A DNA stretch of 64,000 nucleotides from Harriotta raleighana (lineage: Eukaryota). The notes beneath the pieces are model-generated. The model had not been told where the DNA came from and made no database searches. It was given only the letters and a program-made list of their open reading frames with translations. The position numbers and the translations under genes are program-made. Below, in pieces: positions 39,715 to 52,285 of this stretch; positions within the stretch are counted from its first letter, which is position 1, and every line of letters begins with the position of its first letter. The stretch spans positions 2,021,386 to 2,085,385 of the forward strand of contig JBNZDD010013625.1 of assembly GCA_050575255.1 (NCBI GenBank), read 5' to 3'.

Positions 39715-39962
39715 CAACAACAAATTCTGTTTGTACAGTGGCTTTCACGTGAGTAAGAAGTCCCAAGGACCTAGATTGCCAGGGATTTGGACCTGAGCAG
39801 AGATTAGCAAGGGTGGAGGGCAGGGAGAGTGGGAGGTTTGTCGAATGTATGGTTGAAGAGGAAGCTTGAGAGGTGACTTAAAGAAGGCAAGGGAGGGAGG
39901 GAGTGAGGCGAAGGGTCTGTGGAATGAAGTTCCAAAGGGTGAAGGCAGAGAGGCTGAATGCA
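39715..39962 (-). mobile_element. L2 3' end
   Basis: (caa)n then ttcacgtgagtaagaagtcccaagg and ctgtggaatgaagttccaaagggtgaaggcagagaggctgaa. Confidence 0.75.
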
Positions 39963-41714
39963 AACAGTTGTTTGTTTATCAAATTAAACAAATCTTTCTG
40001 GTTTATTTATTTGCTTATGGGTTTGCGTTGTTTGCAAAAGTGTTGAACCTTTTACAACAACAGTGAATTATCATAATGGAATACATACTGCACAGTGATT
40101 AACTTATTTACTGGGAGTTCATGTATGGGGCTGAGTACCAGCGAGACCACAGAATACTGTGGTTGACTGCTTAGCCTTTCTGTTCACATTGATTATGCAT
40201 TAGGGACGACGTAGAGATGTTTGCTGCCTTTGCAAGTGGTTTTGATGCTATTTCAGAGGAGCAGATTCGAGCTGCCAGTGCTTTCCTGCATGTAATTACT
40301 AAGTTCTCTGTGGATACTGGAGAAGTAAGCTAAAGGTTAACTGAGTGAGTAAGTAAGTTTAGCAACACATCCTCAAAATTAACCTCTTGTTTCCCATCTT
40401 CGTTACTTTCCTATTGTCATTTGAGGATTGATTNGTATTGAGCAGTGGACCGGAAACTGGTGTGTTATGTAAACTTACAAAAACTACTGTGATCTCTTTT
40501 ATATATTTGATTCGACAGGAAAAGTGAGGNCTATTGAAATCTGGAGCAGTGGACCGGAAACTGGTGTGATATGTAAACTTACGAAAACTACTGTGATCTC
40601 TTTTATATATTTGATTCGACAGGAAAAGTGAGGAAAAGTGATTTTTAGGTGTTTTACAAAGGTGATTTCTAACAAATAAAACAAGTACAACCATTATCAA
40701 ATTAGAAATGATCGTATTGATAAAGGTATCCGGTAAATAAGTGGACTGTATAAGCACAAGGCGATAATAGGTTTCAAATAATGACCTGTAATGTGTTAAT
40801 GGTTGAATCAGAAGCCAAACTCACAGCTGTTATTGCACATTTGATTGCCTGTGGCTTAATCCAGATTTTTCTTTTGTTGAGTTAAGGCAGTGACCCACGA
40901 GAGAATCTGGTTTATTGACCTGCCTTGCTGTCTGCATTTATAAACAAGGCATACTTTATCGCCACTGAGAATTAACACAACATTGTAATTTAACCATGAT
41001 TTCTGGCTGAGTCTGCAAGTATATCTGCCAAAATTGGAGCATGAAAAAACGAGCGATCTTTTCTTCTATTTGCAATGTCCTGCAGCACACAACAACAACA
41101 ACAACTTGTGTTTATACAGTGCCCTTCATTTAGGATAGCACACAAGTCCTCAGAGATGTATCTAAGTAAATGGAGCAAGTAATAAGTACGAGGAAATCGG
41201 TTCTTCAAAAAGACAAGGGAAAACAAAGTTAGAAAATTGACTTCAAAGCTATTGACTCAAATCAGAATAGGTTGTTATTTATGACTGTGTATATGAGGTT
41301 TTCCTTCTGCAATAATGTATGTTTCATTTGGAAATCATCGAGCACAAAATGGCTCATTGGGTACACATTGATGTCCAGAAGCTTCAAAAGTGTTTCAAAG
41401 GCAACCATGTCAGCTGGTGGTTTGGTTTTATATCCAATTTTCTCCTCCTTTCTTAAGGCATCTCCTTCCTTTTTTCCTTCCACTTGAGGTATATTCTTAT
41501 GGGGATCAAGTGAGCGATAACAGACCTCTCAATTCTAGTGATATTCCATCTGATCTGGGCTCCCCTTGATAATCACGCATCCTGAGTTAGACTTGTAGCT
41601 GATTTGTCTATCTGAATCCCTCTTCAACACTTCCCTCTTTAACTACTTATGGTCGTCTCAGAGATGATAAATACACTGTCCTGAGGCCTGCATTGTACCG
41701 AATTCTAATAATAT

Positions 41715-42073
41715 TCCTTCCATTTGTTATAGTGCCTGATCATGTCTTCGAAATGTCTCCATGCGCTTCACAGATTATACTGTGAATTGTATTAACTGTA
41801 TATTTTATGGGTGAAACACGGCAGCCAATTGTGCCCATCAGTGTCCCCACAAACAGTTGTGGATTGAGCGACCAATATATTTTAATATTTTTGGAAGGCA
41901 TTATTATCTTCAGTAAAACGATCCATCAGTCAACTAACAACTGGGTTCCTACTTACTGATAGGTAACCAGAGGCATGTGGAGTAATGAAACTTGCCCAAC
42001 GATTCCCTGGCAGGAATTGAACCCAGGCTTCTCGCTTACAAGGCATGTGATCCAACCACTGAGATGCAGGACT
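41715..42073 (-). mobile_element. tRNA-headed SINE, long subfamily
   Basis: cgatccatcagtcaactaacaactgggttcctacttactgataggtaaccagaggcatgtggagtaa centre. Confidence 0.8.
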
Positions 42074-43287
42074 CGGTTATATAAAGTTAAATAAAGATTT
42101 AGCCACAATTTTCCTAACAAATCAGATGTGATTAAATCCCACTTGCTTCTCTATAAGTGCTTAAAAAACACTATTGAAAGTAATGGGGATCTAGAGGAGA
42201 CTTGCTTACTCGCATCAAGAACTGCTTGTTTCTTGTCAGTGAGGAGGATGGGTGGGTGGGGCGGAGGCTGAAAATGTGTTTGTTTCTCTTGCTTGCGACT
42301 GACTGGGTGTTTTAACGAGGACAGGGACTGGAAATTAAAATACGATGAACAACTGGAAAAGAGAAACGATGCTGTGTGTGTCTGAGCATGCAGGGTCTGC
42401 CAAGGCTTCTAATTAGTTCAGAGTGAGACGGCAGCTTGTCTAATAGATATGGGCAGTGGGTTTTCTGTACTCTTTGCACTTGTGTTTTATTCTGTAATGA
42501 GTTGTCATTTTTCTGTTGGATCATTATCCCAATCTGAGCTTGAGGTGATAGGACACATTGACCTTACTGTTTCCTTTCACACCAGAGTGTTGTTTTACTC
42601 AGAGCAAGTCCAATGTCTTCCCCCTTCTCCCAGAACCATTACCTTTGCAACCAGTGACATTAGCTGAATTAGGACTGCACTGCTGAGAAAGTATTTTTAT
42701 TTGGAGTGGAGGGGGACAGCTCAATGAAGACTTAACATCATAGCATTTGCTATAATTGCTTGCCCACAACTCGTTCAGAGAACAGAGTAAAAAACACACT
42801 GGGCTGTTTTGTGAACAGCCCAGGTTCACCACAGGGTAACAGCTTCTGCTGAAGCGTGGAAAGAAATCAAATTTTTTGCAAAGGACTCTTTTGTGCAATG
42901 TGGTAAAGCTCTTCTCATGTGTGGTTTTATATCTGTTATGTTCATTTAAAGCTTCGGTGCCTTGCCTGGGTCATTTATGGCTTGCTATTCAAATCAGCAC
43001 AGAAGCAAAAGTGCAGAGAATTATTTCTTCACAAGACAGACACAATAGTGTACGATAGAAATTTACGTTGGCAAGCAACCTACATATACAGGATTGATCT
43101 TAGACATGTATTTCTGTAATGTAACTGCTTTCCTAACAAGTATAAAGAATACCTAACACTTGTTTCTTATCTATATTGCAACGCCTGTCTATCCTTCTAC
43201 ACCATGTTGTATTGTAAATATAAATGTCATCGCTTTGGTTCCTCTCAATGCACATTTGTACGCTTAGGAAATGCTATTTTGTAGATC

Positions 43288-43985
43288 AAAAGCAACAGCA
43301 ACAAAATTACACATGTATAGCGCCTTTCACATCGGGACGACGTCCCAAAGTGCTGAACAGTCAGGTCGGGACCCGAGCATGGGGGAGATCGGGGGTAGGG
43401 GGAGTGGGAAGGAGAGTGGGAAGAGTTAGGGCGGGGGGGAATCGAAGGCGCGGTTGAAGAGGAAAGTCTTCAGACCGGCCTTGAAGGAAGAAAGGGAGGA
43501 AACAAGGCGGAGGGACTGCGGGATAGAGTTCCAAAGTGTGGGTGCAGAGAGGTTGAAAGCCCGGCCACCGATGGTTGGACGTTTAGGGTGGTGGACGCGG
43601 AGCAGGCCTGAGTCTGCTGAACGGAGGGTGTGGGCAGGCTGATAGGGAGACAGCAGGTCAGAGAGATAGGCGGGGGCAAGGCCATGAATGACCTTGAAAG
43701 TGAGGACAAGGATCTTGAAGTTGATCCTCTGGGGGATGGGGATCCTGTGGAGACGGGCGAGGGTGGGAGTGATGTGGTCGCTGAGCCTAGTGCAGGAGAG
43801 TACACGAGCTCCAGAATTCTGAATGATCTGCAGCCTGTGAAGGGAGGAGTTGGGAAGGCCGATGAGGAGAGAGTTCCCATAGTCAAGCCTGGAAGTGATG
43901 AAGGCGTGAATTAGGGTTTCGGCGGCGTGGGGGGTGAGGTAGTGGCAGAGTCTGGTGATGTTGTGGAGCACATGGCTCTGGATAC
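43288..43985 (-). mobile_element. L2 LINE 3' fragment with open ORF2 C-terminus and tail
   Basis: ORF 43426-44145 includes AAETLIHAFITSRLDYGNSLLIGLP...LQIIQNSGARVL...HITPTLARLH...RINFKILVLTFK...GGRAF...APTLWNSIP...FKAGLKTFLF. The tail ends in (ttg)n. Confidence 0.95.
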
Positions 43986-44614
43986 AGACATTGTAATAAT
44001 AATAATCCTTCCAATGTGTGATAGCATCTAGTGTCAGGAAGATGTCCCAAAGCGCTTCACTAGATTTACCGTGAAATGCAGCGACTATGCATTTTGTAAG
44101 CAAAATGCAGCAGCTGATTTGCACGCAGCAGTGTCCAACAAGCAATCATGAAATGAATGTTCAAATTTATATGGTGGATTGTTGTTCAAGTGGATAATAA
44201 AGGTCCCATGACAATATTCAGAAAGAGAAGCGATTTTCTTCTGGTGTCCGAGGAGAAATTCCTTTCCCTTTACAAATACTGCCATTGAATATACTCACCC
44301 ACGCATTTGGAAAAGCCTCTTATGATTCTTAACAATGTCACGTTAGTGAATTCAGCAACACAATGAAAGTTGCGCTGAATCTCAAGGGGAAATATTCCAC
44401 ATTTTTTTATTGGCATTCACTTGGACTAATTGACCAAAACAGTTTGCTGCGAGAATTGAACTTGATGCTTGATGCGTTTTTTTCACAAGTTTATCGACAA
44501 GGCTTCAAACAGTTTTCTTGTGAACCTTTCCCAACCATTGATCACCCTATAGCTAAATAAATACTTCCTGGTCTCTGTGTTGAAATTGTCATTGCAACTC
44601 GAAACCTGTGAACT

Positions 44615-44965
44615 AGTCAGCCAATCAACCTCAGTTGATGGGATTCTCAACTCTGAGTCAGAAGATTCTGGGTTCAAGCCCCATGCAGGGAATTGGAACT
44701 CGTACAGTCTAGACTGATAATCGGTTGCAGTACTTGGGAAGCATTGTTAGAGCTGATGTCCTTCGGGTGAGAAGTTAAGCAGAGGTCCTGCTACTTGTAT
44801 TCAGTTTGACAAAAAGTTCCCATGACAATATTTGCAAAGAAAAGGGAGTTTCTCCTGGTGTCCTGGCCAACAATCCTTCATCACATTGTGGCTATTTGTG
44901 ATACACTACTGAGTGCAAGTTAGCTTAGCTATGCCATTCTTCTGCAAAATATGCAGTCATCTCAC
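44615..44965 (+). mobile_element. Deu-domain SINE (SacSINE1/AmnSINE1-like), near full length
   Basis: ctctgagtcagaagattctgggttcaagcccca head, then gtccttcgggtgagaagttaagcagaggtcc...cccatgacaatatt...ctcctggtgtcctggccaaca, resembling the Deu domain as recalled. Confidence 0.7.
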
Positions 44966-45149
44966 CAGTGTCTGCAGAATTGACGGCCTGTGCATTGCAT
45001 CTATCATGTGCAATGCCCAATGGACAACTTCCATCAGGGTGCAATAGCAGTAATGTGATGGAAGTCAACTAATTTTTGCCTTAGATACAGAAAGCCTTGT
45101 GTCTTTCTGGGCCCGTTTTGAATAAATGAGTGAATGTCTTCTGACATTT

Positions 45150-45514
45150 GGAGTCCTGTAGCTTAGTGGTTAGAGCTCTTGCCTGCCAAATCAGAGGCCC
45201 GGATTTGATTTCGCAGCAGGGTGAAACATTGGGCAAGTTTCCTTACTCCACATGCCTCTTTGCCCAGCAATGAGTAGGAACCCAGTTGTAAGTCGATTGG
45301 TGGATCACTTTTCCGCGGGTAACAATCCATTCAAAAATATGAATACTTTGGTCACTCATTCCACGACTGTTTGTGGGACACACCTGGGCGCAATTGGCTG
45401 CCTCGTTTCGCCAACAAATTATACAGTCAATTCACTTTACAGTATATTCTGTGAAGTGCTTTGAGGCATCTTGAAGACTTGACAAGGTGCTATATCAAAT
45501 GCAAGGATTATTAT
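45150..45514 (+). mobile_element. tRNA-headed SINE, long subfamily
   Basis: ggagtcctgtagcttagtggttagagc...cccagcaatgagtaggaacccagttgtaagtcgattggtggatc...caaggattatt. Confidence 0.85.
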
Positions 45515-46102
45515 AAGTGAACCCATATTATAACGGAGAGTTTTGATGGCGTTCCACAATATGTGTTATCAAAATGTGACACAATGCTTATTGTTTGTAT
45601 ACGATGGCTAGGGATTTTTCTCTGATGTCCTGAAGATGATTTTGAAGATCAGCCAAATGCACAATTATAATATCTGAATAGTTCTGGCAGCTGCTTTGAC
45701 CTGACAGAGACTATGTGTCCATAGTCTCTGAAAACATATTTGTCAATTTGGGAGAGTTGGTGAAGTGATGAGATATTGTGGCTGTACCATTTCAACCCAC
45801 ATTCAGCTCTTATTAACAATGTCTTGTATCAGAGATAAAATCTGCTCCCAGAACAGATCCCTATGTGATTATGATAAAGTAGGTAAATCAATCAGTAATA
45901 TCATTGATCGTGTCACTCGAGGCACCATATTTTTCAGCTTGGATCAAATGTCCTGTTAAATCAACTAACAGTAACAAAACACTGAAACACAGCAAGCGAG
46001 CTACTCCTCTTTCCACCAAATAGACTCATTTCGCAAACTGCAGCTTCAGTAGTTTGGCAGCACACCAATAATGAAAATAGCCTCTTTAATTCAATTATAA
46101 CA

Positions 46103-46335
46103 ACACAAAATACTACAGATGCTGGGAATCTGAAACGAAAACAAAAGTTCCTGGGGAAACTCAGCAGGTCAGGCAGCATCCATGGAGAAAGGAAAGTGAG
46201 TCAACGTTTCGGGTCCCTGACCCTTCGTCCAGTTCTGATGAAGGGTCGTGGACCTGAAACATTGTCTCACTTTCCTTTCTCCATGGATGCTGCCTGACCT
46301 GCTGAGTTTCCTCAGCAACTTCTGTTTTTGTTTCG
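46103..46335. mobile_element. Penelope-like terminal repeat palindrome with two opposed hammerhead-like cores
   Basis: Arms of about 100 bp (46132-46229 and 46236-46334) around a few-nt centre. The + arm has CUGAUGA-A-GGGUC-GUG-GACCU-GAAAC. Confidence 0.75.
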
Positions 46336-46554
46336 ATTACAGTATAACTTAGTTGGCTTCTTACCATCAAAGCCAATTACAGTATTGCAAGTTTCCCTCT
46401 CGAGGCATGTAATTTGGCAGCCTTTTTTTATATAGGTTTTAACCTTAAACCTGTTATCTTGAAATTTCAGAGTTTCTTTTCATTTTTAATTTCTCACACA
46501 TCACACAGCCTTGACCTGTTGAGCTATTCTCCACCTTCAGAATTTTTCCTGCCA

Positions 46555-47080
46555 CCCCTCAGGTAGCAAAGATCCTTATCCATGCTTTTATCACTTCTTC
46601 ACAACTCTTCCCTCTGCAAGCTGCAGACTATTCAAAATTCTGCTGCTCTTATTCTCTCTGGCAGGAGGCTCTGTGAGCTTATTACTCCTATCTTCGTTCA
46701 ACTACATTGGCTCTACATCTCCCAAAGGAGTTCAAGATCCTTCTGCTCAATTTTAAAGCCCTCCACAATCTTATCCCATCCTACCTTTCTGACCTTCTAA
46801 AACCTTACCAAAGCTCCCTTTCCCTCTGCTTTGCAGGCACTGGCCTGCTTCACATCCCTCACGCCAGCCTGTCCTACTCATGATGGCTGCGTGTTTATCC
46901 TTTTTGCCTGACTCTGGAACTCCATCCTGAATCCCTTCATTTTGCCCTTTGCTAGCCCATCCTTGAAGGTCCATCTCTTTGACCCCGCCTTTGGCAATCT
47001 TCCCATAAACTGGTGATTATCCAGTGCCTTGGGACGTCCTCCTCATGTGAAAGCCACTGTATAAATGTAATGTGTTATTC
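46555..47080 (+). mobile_element. L2 LINE 3' fragment
   Basis: KLQTIQNSAALILS...ITPIFVQLHWL, and tail gtgccttgggacgtcctcctcatgtgaaagc. Confidence 0.85.
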
Positions 47081-47084
47081 TTAA

Positions 47085-47330
47085 GATCCAGGCACGGTGA
47101 AATCTTGGGCAAATTTCCTATGCACACCTAATAATAATCCCTCAAAAAAACAACAATAAATTGATCATTTCAATCCTCGCATGTTTATGGGACACTGATT
47201 TGCGTAATTGGCTGCTACGTTTAGCCCACAAATATACAATCAATCCACTTTACAGTATATTCTGTGAATCGCTTTGAGGTATCTAGAAGATGTGAGAAGT
47301 GCTTTATCAGGTGCAAGGATTACTATTATA
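47085..47330 (+). mobile_element. 5'-truncated tRNA-headed SINE
   Basis: atccaggcacggtgaaatcttgggcaaatttcc...gtgcaaggattactatt. Confidence 0.8.
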
Positions 47331-48469
47331 TGATAAGATCTTTGTGAATACCGGCATGCAAAATCGGACTGAATATTTAAAACTTCCCAACATTTTGGTG
47401 GAATGTTAAAATTTAAGACAATGATCTTAAAGTGAAGCCCACGGGAATGTTGGATAAGAAGTTTTATAGAATTTCAGTTGCTTTGTTCCAAACACTTAAG
47501 CATCATTTTGGAAAAAAATGTCTCTTCAACCTATTTATAATTCCATAGAGATGTTCAGCTGGAATGCAATGGAAACAATATTAGAATTTATTTTGTCGGT
47601 TCACTCAACCATTGCTGTTTGTAATAATCGTAATCCTTGCATTTGAAATACCTCCTTATCACATCGTTGGGATGTCTCACAATGCTTTGCGGAATATATT
47701 GTAAAGTGGATTGATTGTGCATTGTGGGCAAAAAATACTCAATTCACCCCCGAGGAACACTGTCTTTGTTTAGAGTAACAGAGTCAACCTCTGCGGCTTA
47801 TTGTTCTGTGCAACAGGACACAATTAATCCTCTTTTTTTTCGAAAGAAAATAAAGCCAGCCAAACTGCTTACAAAGCAAATAGCTTCTGGTATGATTCTT
47901 CCCACAAGCAAATTGTCCTTCAAGGATGAAGGCTCAGCGTTGTGCCCCGATGAGGTCCATCAATTCTGGGAATTGCCCTCCTCGTAAGGTGTTTTTTGGT
48001 CCCAAGCACACACATAAATAACCTCATTAGCTTTTAACAGGCTTCATTGAAACTGTGCCAACCGTAGCTGACAAGCATCTTTGACAGGAAGTAAAACATA
48101 ACCAGGCCCCTTTCTTCATAACCTGGTTCTTTCTGGAGGCTTTAGCTGCTCTTCATACTCTGCAAATGTTATGAATGATAGGGCAGGCTTTGCTCTCCCT
48201 TACTCATGGCCGCTGAGCTTGTAGGCTGATAAGAGCTCCTTAGCATCAACCAGCTTCGGAAACTCTTACATTAGAAGTCAGAGCACAGCCTATTTACTAA
48301 ACTGATAACATCCAGAAATTCCATTCTCTGCGGGCAGAGTATGTGTTGTCACACGTTTTCCCCCTCTCCTGCAGACAGACTATTTTTCCTTTGAGATATA
48401 ACTCCTTATTCAGCCAGTTATTGTTCACATGTCTATCTTGACAGTTAGTTTGGGCAAGCAATTTGGAGC

Positions 48470-48670
48470 ACAGATGCCGCATTGGATAGCAATAAGGAAT
48501 GGAAATTTTTGGCTAATTTTCCCCCTCCATAACCTCGGCCGCTGTGTATTATTGTAACTATTTTATTGTGGCCCGACTGTTACAGCTAATTCAGCAGAGA
48601 GCTGGGATCTAACCTGGGATCTTCCTGGTCTCTGTGCTTTATCTATTCAATCATTAACTCCTTGAACTAA
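48470..48670 (-). mobile_element. AmnSINE2-like ancient SINE
   Basis: ttggatagcaataaggaatggaaatttttggctaattttccccctcc...cagctaattcagcagagagctgggatctaacctgggatcttcctggtct resembles AmnSINE2 as recalled. Related remnants lie at about 24390-24550 (+) and 27010-27265 (-). Confidence 0.5.
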
Positions 48671-49281
48671 TTAATAAAGTAATAGCGTGCATGCGAGCTG
48701 AGTTATTTATTTTAACTTGTGAAGGTTTGGCTGCCGCATTTCTCCCACCGATATACAGTCAATTCCCTTTACAGTATATTCTGTGAAGTGCTTTGAGATT
48801 TCTAGAAAATGTGAAAAGCACTATATCAAACGCAAGATTTATTATCAGTATTATTATTATCGCTGTTATTATTATTTCAGCAACACAAAATGTACAGCCA
48901 ATTCACTTTACAATGCATTCTGTGAAGCACTTTAAGATGGCCGAATGACGCAATAAAGTACTATATCAAATCCAAGGATTATTATTACTACTATTATTAA
49001 GACAGTACACCTTTTGTGTTTGACTAGCTGAATGTCAGAGCCTATGATCCTTGATAGAGTAATATTTTTCTTGTAGGTAGCTTTAATTATATCTTAACGC
49101 CACTTTCCAGTGTTACTCTCTCATGAATGACTGTCATATGAATTGGCCTTCCCTTTACTTGCTACTGCAGGACACCCCAGAGTGGTTAGGTTAGCACAAT
49201 CACCCCACAACAATTATATGATTGTATCGTCTGAAAACCTTTTGGTTAGAAATAGCCCTGTGTAGCTTCAGGTATCTTTGT

Positions 49282-50005
49282 GTGTCAGCCTCGCTCAGCT
49301 AGCAGAGCTCTTGCATCTGAGTCAGAAGTTTGGAGTTTCAGACTCACAGTCTAACCTGACACTCCAAGAATAATAATAATAATTCTTGCATTTGATATAG
49401 CGCTTTTCACGCCTTTTATATACACGTCTCAAAGCACTTCACAGAATATACTGTAAGGTGAATTGACTCTATATATATGTGGGTGAAATGCTGCTGCCAA
49501 TTTCGCACAGAGGTGTCCCAAAAACTGGATTGAAATGATCAATTTATTATTGTTTCATTTATTTTTGAAGGATTCTTATTAGGTGTGTGGAGTAAGGAAA
49601 CTTGCCAAGGTTTTGACCTGCCTGGAATTGAACCCAGGTCTTTCGCTTGTAAGGCGAGTACTCTAACCACCGAGCTACAGGACTCCACATGTACTGCTGG
49701 GAGTATGCAGCATTATCGGAGGTGCCACTGTTCTGATGATAAGTTAAACCGACAATCTGGTTGCCTGTTCAGGTGGATGTTCTAGTCCCATACTCATTTT
49801 TGAAGAGCCTACTCCCAGTGCCCTCGCCAACAATCCCTCAAATGAGAAAAATAGGTCATTCATTTCATGGCTGTTTGTAGGAAATTGTGCAGATTGGCTG
49901 CTCTGTTGCCTGACAGTACACAGCCACTATATTCACATAAAAATTCCATAAGTGCTTCAATACATTGTCCTGATTAGGAACCATCTATACAAAAATGTAA
50001 GGACT
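49282..50005 (+). mobile_element. Deu-domain SINE split by a younger SINE
   Basis: Head gtcagcctcgctcag...tctgagtcagaag at 49282-49366 resumes at 49690 with tcggaggtgcc...gttaaaccga...tcaggtggatgt. Confidence 0.7.
49370..49686 (-). mobile_element. tRNA-headed SINE nested in a Deu-SINE
   Basis: Full head (gagtcctgtagctcggtggttagagtactcgccttacaagcg) and (taa)n tail. Confidence 0.9.
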
Positions 50006-50096
50006 ATTTATTCTCGTCTATCGTTAACAAAAGTCACTGTTTTTTGCAAATACAACCCCTTTCAGTTACCATAGAGTGAGACTGTGTGGCTCTGTA

Positions 50097-50516
50097 CATA
50101 AGAACATAAGAAATGTAAGATGAAAGAAAAACCAAGATCCATCTAGNCCGCGCCTGCACGTATGTCTCAATCTACCTATGTACTATATCCCATCATGTTA
50201 CTTCCTATATGAAAACTATCTCATCTGCATTTGAAGGAATCAACACTCCCTGCTTCAACTGTCTCCCTAGGGAGCCTGTTCCACAGGTTCACTATTCGCT
50301 CACTAAAATAGTGTTTCTGTATCAATCAATNGATCCATCTAGTTCGCGCCTGCACATATGTCTCAATCTACCTATGTACTATATCCCATCATGTTACTTC
50401 CTATATGAAAACTATCTCATCTGCATTTGAAGGAATCAACACTCCCTGCTTCAACTGTCTCCCTAGGGAGCCTGTTCCACAGGTTCACTATTCGCTCACT
50501 AAAATAGTGTTTCTGT

Positions 50517-50548
<32 letters not shown>

Positions 50549-51065
50549 TACATTTTGATTCATGTCGGTAGGACGTCCCAAGGTGCTGAGATTTGTTACT
50601 GAATTTAACCCCACGTTAATCGCAGGCTGTGTCATCTAGTTTTATTATACTGGACGAGTTAAAACAGCCTGTCGTGATCTACGTAGCCTTACCAGTTTAG
50701 AATATTAAAGGCAGCAATTGTGTCGCTTCTTCTCAATCTTCTCATTTCCAGCGTGAACATACCCGATACATTTAATCNAATTACATTTGGATACACGTCG
50801 GTAGGACGTCCCAAGGTGCTGAGATTTGTTACTGAATTTAACCCCACATTAATCGCAGGCTGTGTCCTCTAGTTTTATTGTACTGGATGAGTTAAAACAG
50901 CCTGTCGTGATCTACGTAGCCTTGCCAGTTTAGAATATTAAAGGCAGCAATTGTGTCGCCTCTTCTCAATCTTCTCATTTCCAGCGTGAACATACCCGAT
51001 ACATTTAATCCCTCCTCCTAGTCCGGTCCCTATATACCTCAATTATTCTGCTTGCCCTCCTCTGT
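50097..51065 (-). mobile_element. CR1 3' end with internal assembly duplications and a short L2 tail insertion
   Basis: (cataagaa)n tail at 50097 and cctgttccacaggttcactattcgctcac, which mirrors the 16230-16270 type. Segments are duplicated at N 50331 and N 50778. Confidence 0.7.
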
Positions 51066-51904
51066 ATTGTCTCACTTTGTCACATGAGCTGCAAGCCTCA
51101 CAACTGAAATAAGTGAGTGCCAATACTCAGGAGTGAGACTCCTGAGTTGTGAGACTAAGGCTGCTGTAGTAGATCTACGTTGAAATGCTTCTACATATTC
51201 CTCGGTGTTCAATTAGAGCTTATGCATATGTGTGGGGGGTATTAAGAAACGTTTTATGATAGTTCCTTTGCAATACCTCATGGTAATGACCTAGTCTTGT
51301 GACATTTATGCACTTGCCTGATATTTTCCATTAATTATGTATATTTTGTTAAAATATTCATCTGAGTTAATGTTGCTGCGCATATGGTTTATAATGAGTG
51401 GAAATGACGTGCAGTATCGCTTGTCCGTCAATGCGCTAAATAAGAAAATGTTGGAATATAGAGATGAGGTTTGCAGCATTCCTAAACGCATTCATGTTTC
51501 TTATTAAAAGAAGAGTATTAAGCCACTAATTATGATCATCAATAATCCTTTGATATATTTATTTCAAGTCAAGAGAATAACTCAAAGAGCTTCGCAGGAT
51601 TTACCGTAAAATGTAATGACTGTGTATTCTGTAGGCAAATGAGACAAGTAATTTGCACACAACAATGTTCCACATAGAGCTATGAGTGCCCAATTGTACC
51701 TGGGAGAATGCTGGAGGACACTTTTGTGTTATAACTAATTTTGTACTATAAATAAGCTCATTATAACAGGAGCCACACTTGTTTTTTTGTTAGATATTCC
51801 CCTATTGGTCATTTGAATGGCTCAAACCTATGTGGAGAACTTTGGGCATCCGCCTCTTAAATTCTCACTTTGTGATCGATAAAAATATTCCTATCATTTG
51901 ATGC

Positions 51905-52285
51905 AGTGCCTTCCAGGTCAGGTAGATAATAATAGATATCCCAAATCGCTTGACTGTCAAGTGTAGTGACTGTGTGGTTTGGAAGTGAATGCAACAGCCA
52001 ATTTATGCACAGTAATGTCCCACAAATCGCCGTATTGTGATTCACACATTATATCTGGAGAAACGTTGGTGAGGACACCCTTCTCTTTTCAAATAGGGCC
52101 ATTGAGTGCACCTGAACAGACACAAATGGGATCTTAGTTTATTATTTCATCCAAAAGATGACACCTCCAACAACGCAACACACCACTAGCACTGTATTAG
52201 ACCCTCATTCTAGACAGTGAGCTCAAAGTCCCGACGTGGACCTTGAACCCACAACCTTCGGACTCAATTCAGCCAAGTTGACATC
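51905..52285 (-). mobile_element. Deu-domain SINE
   Basis: catccaaaagatgacacctccaacaacgcaacac and ccttgaacccacaaccttcggactc. Confidence 0.7.

Noticed and set aside
40435-40632. Apparent ~90-bp repeat
   Set aside because: Bounded by Ns at 40434 and 40530.
50136-51010. Two tandem duplications of about 195 and 230 bp
   Set aside because: Ns lie at the junctions (50147, 50331, 50778).
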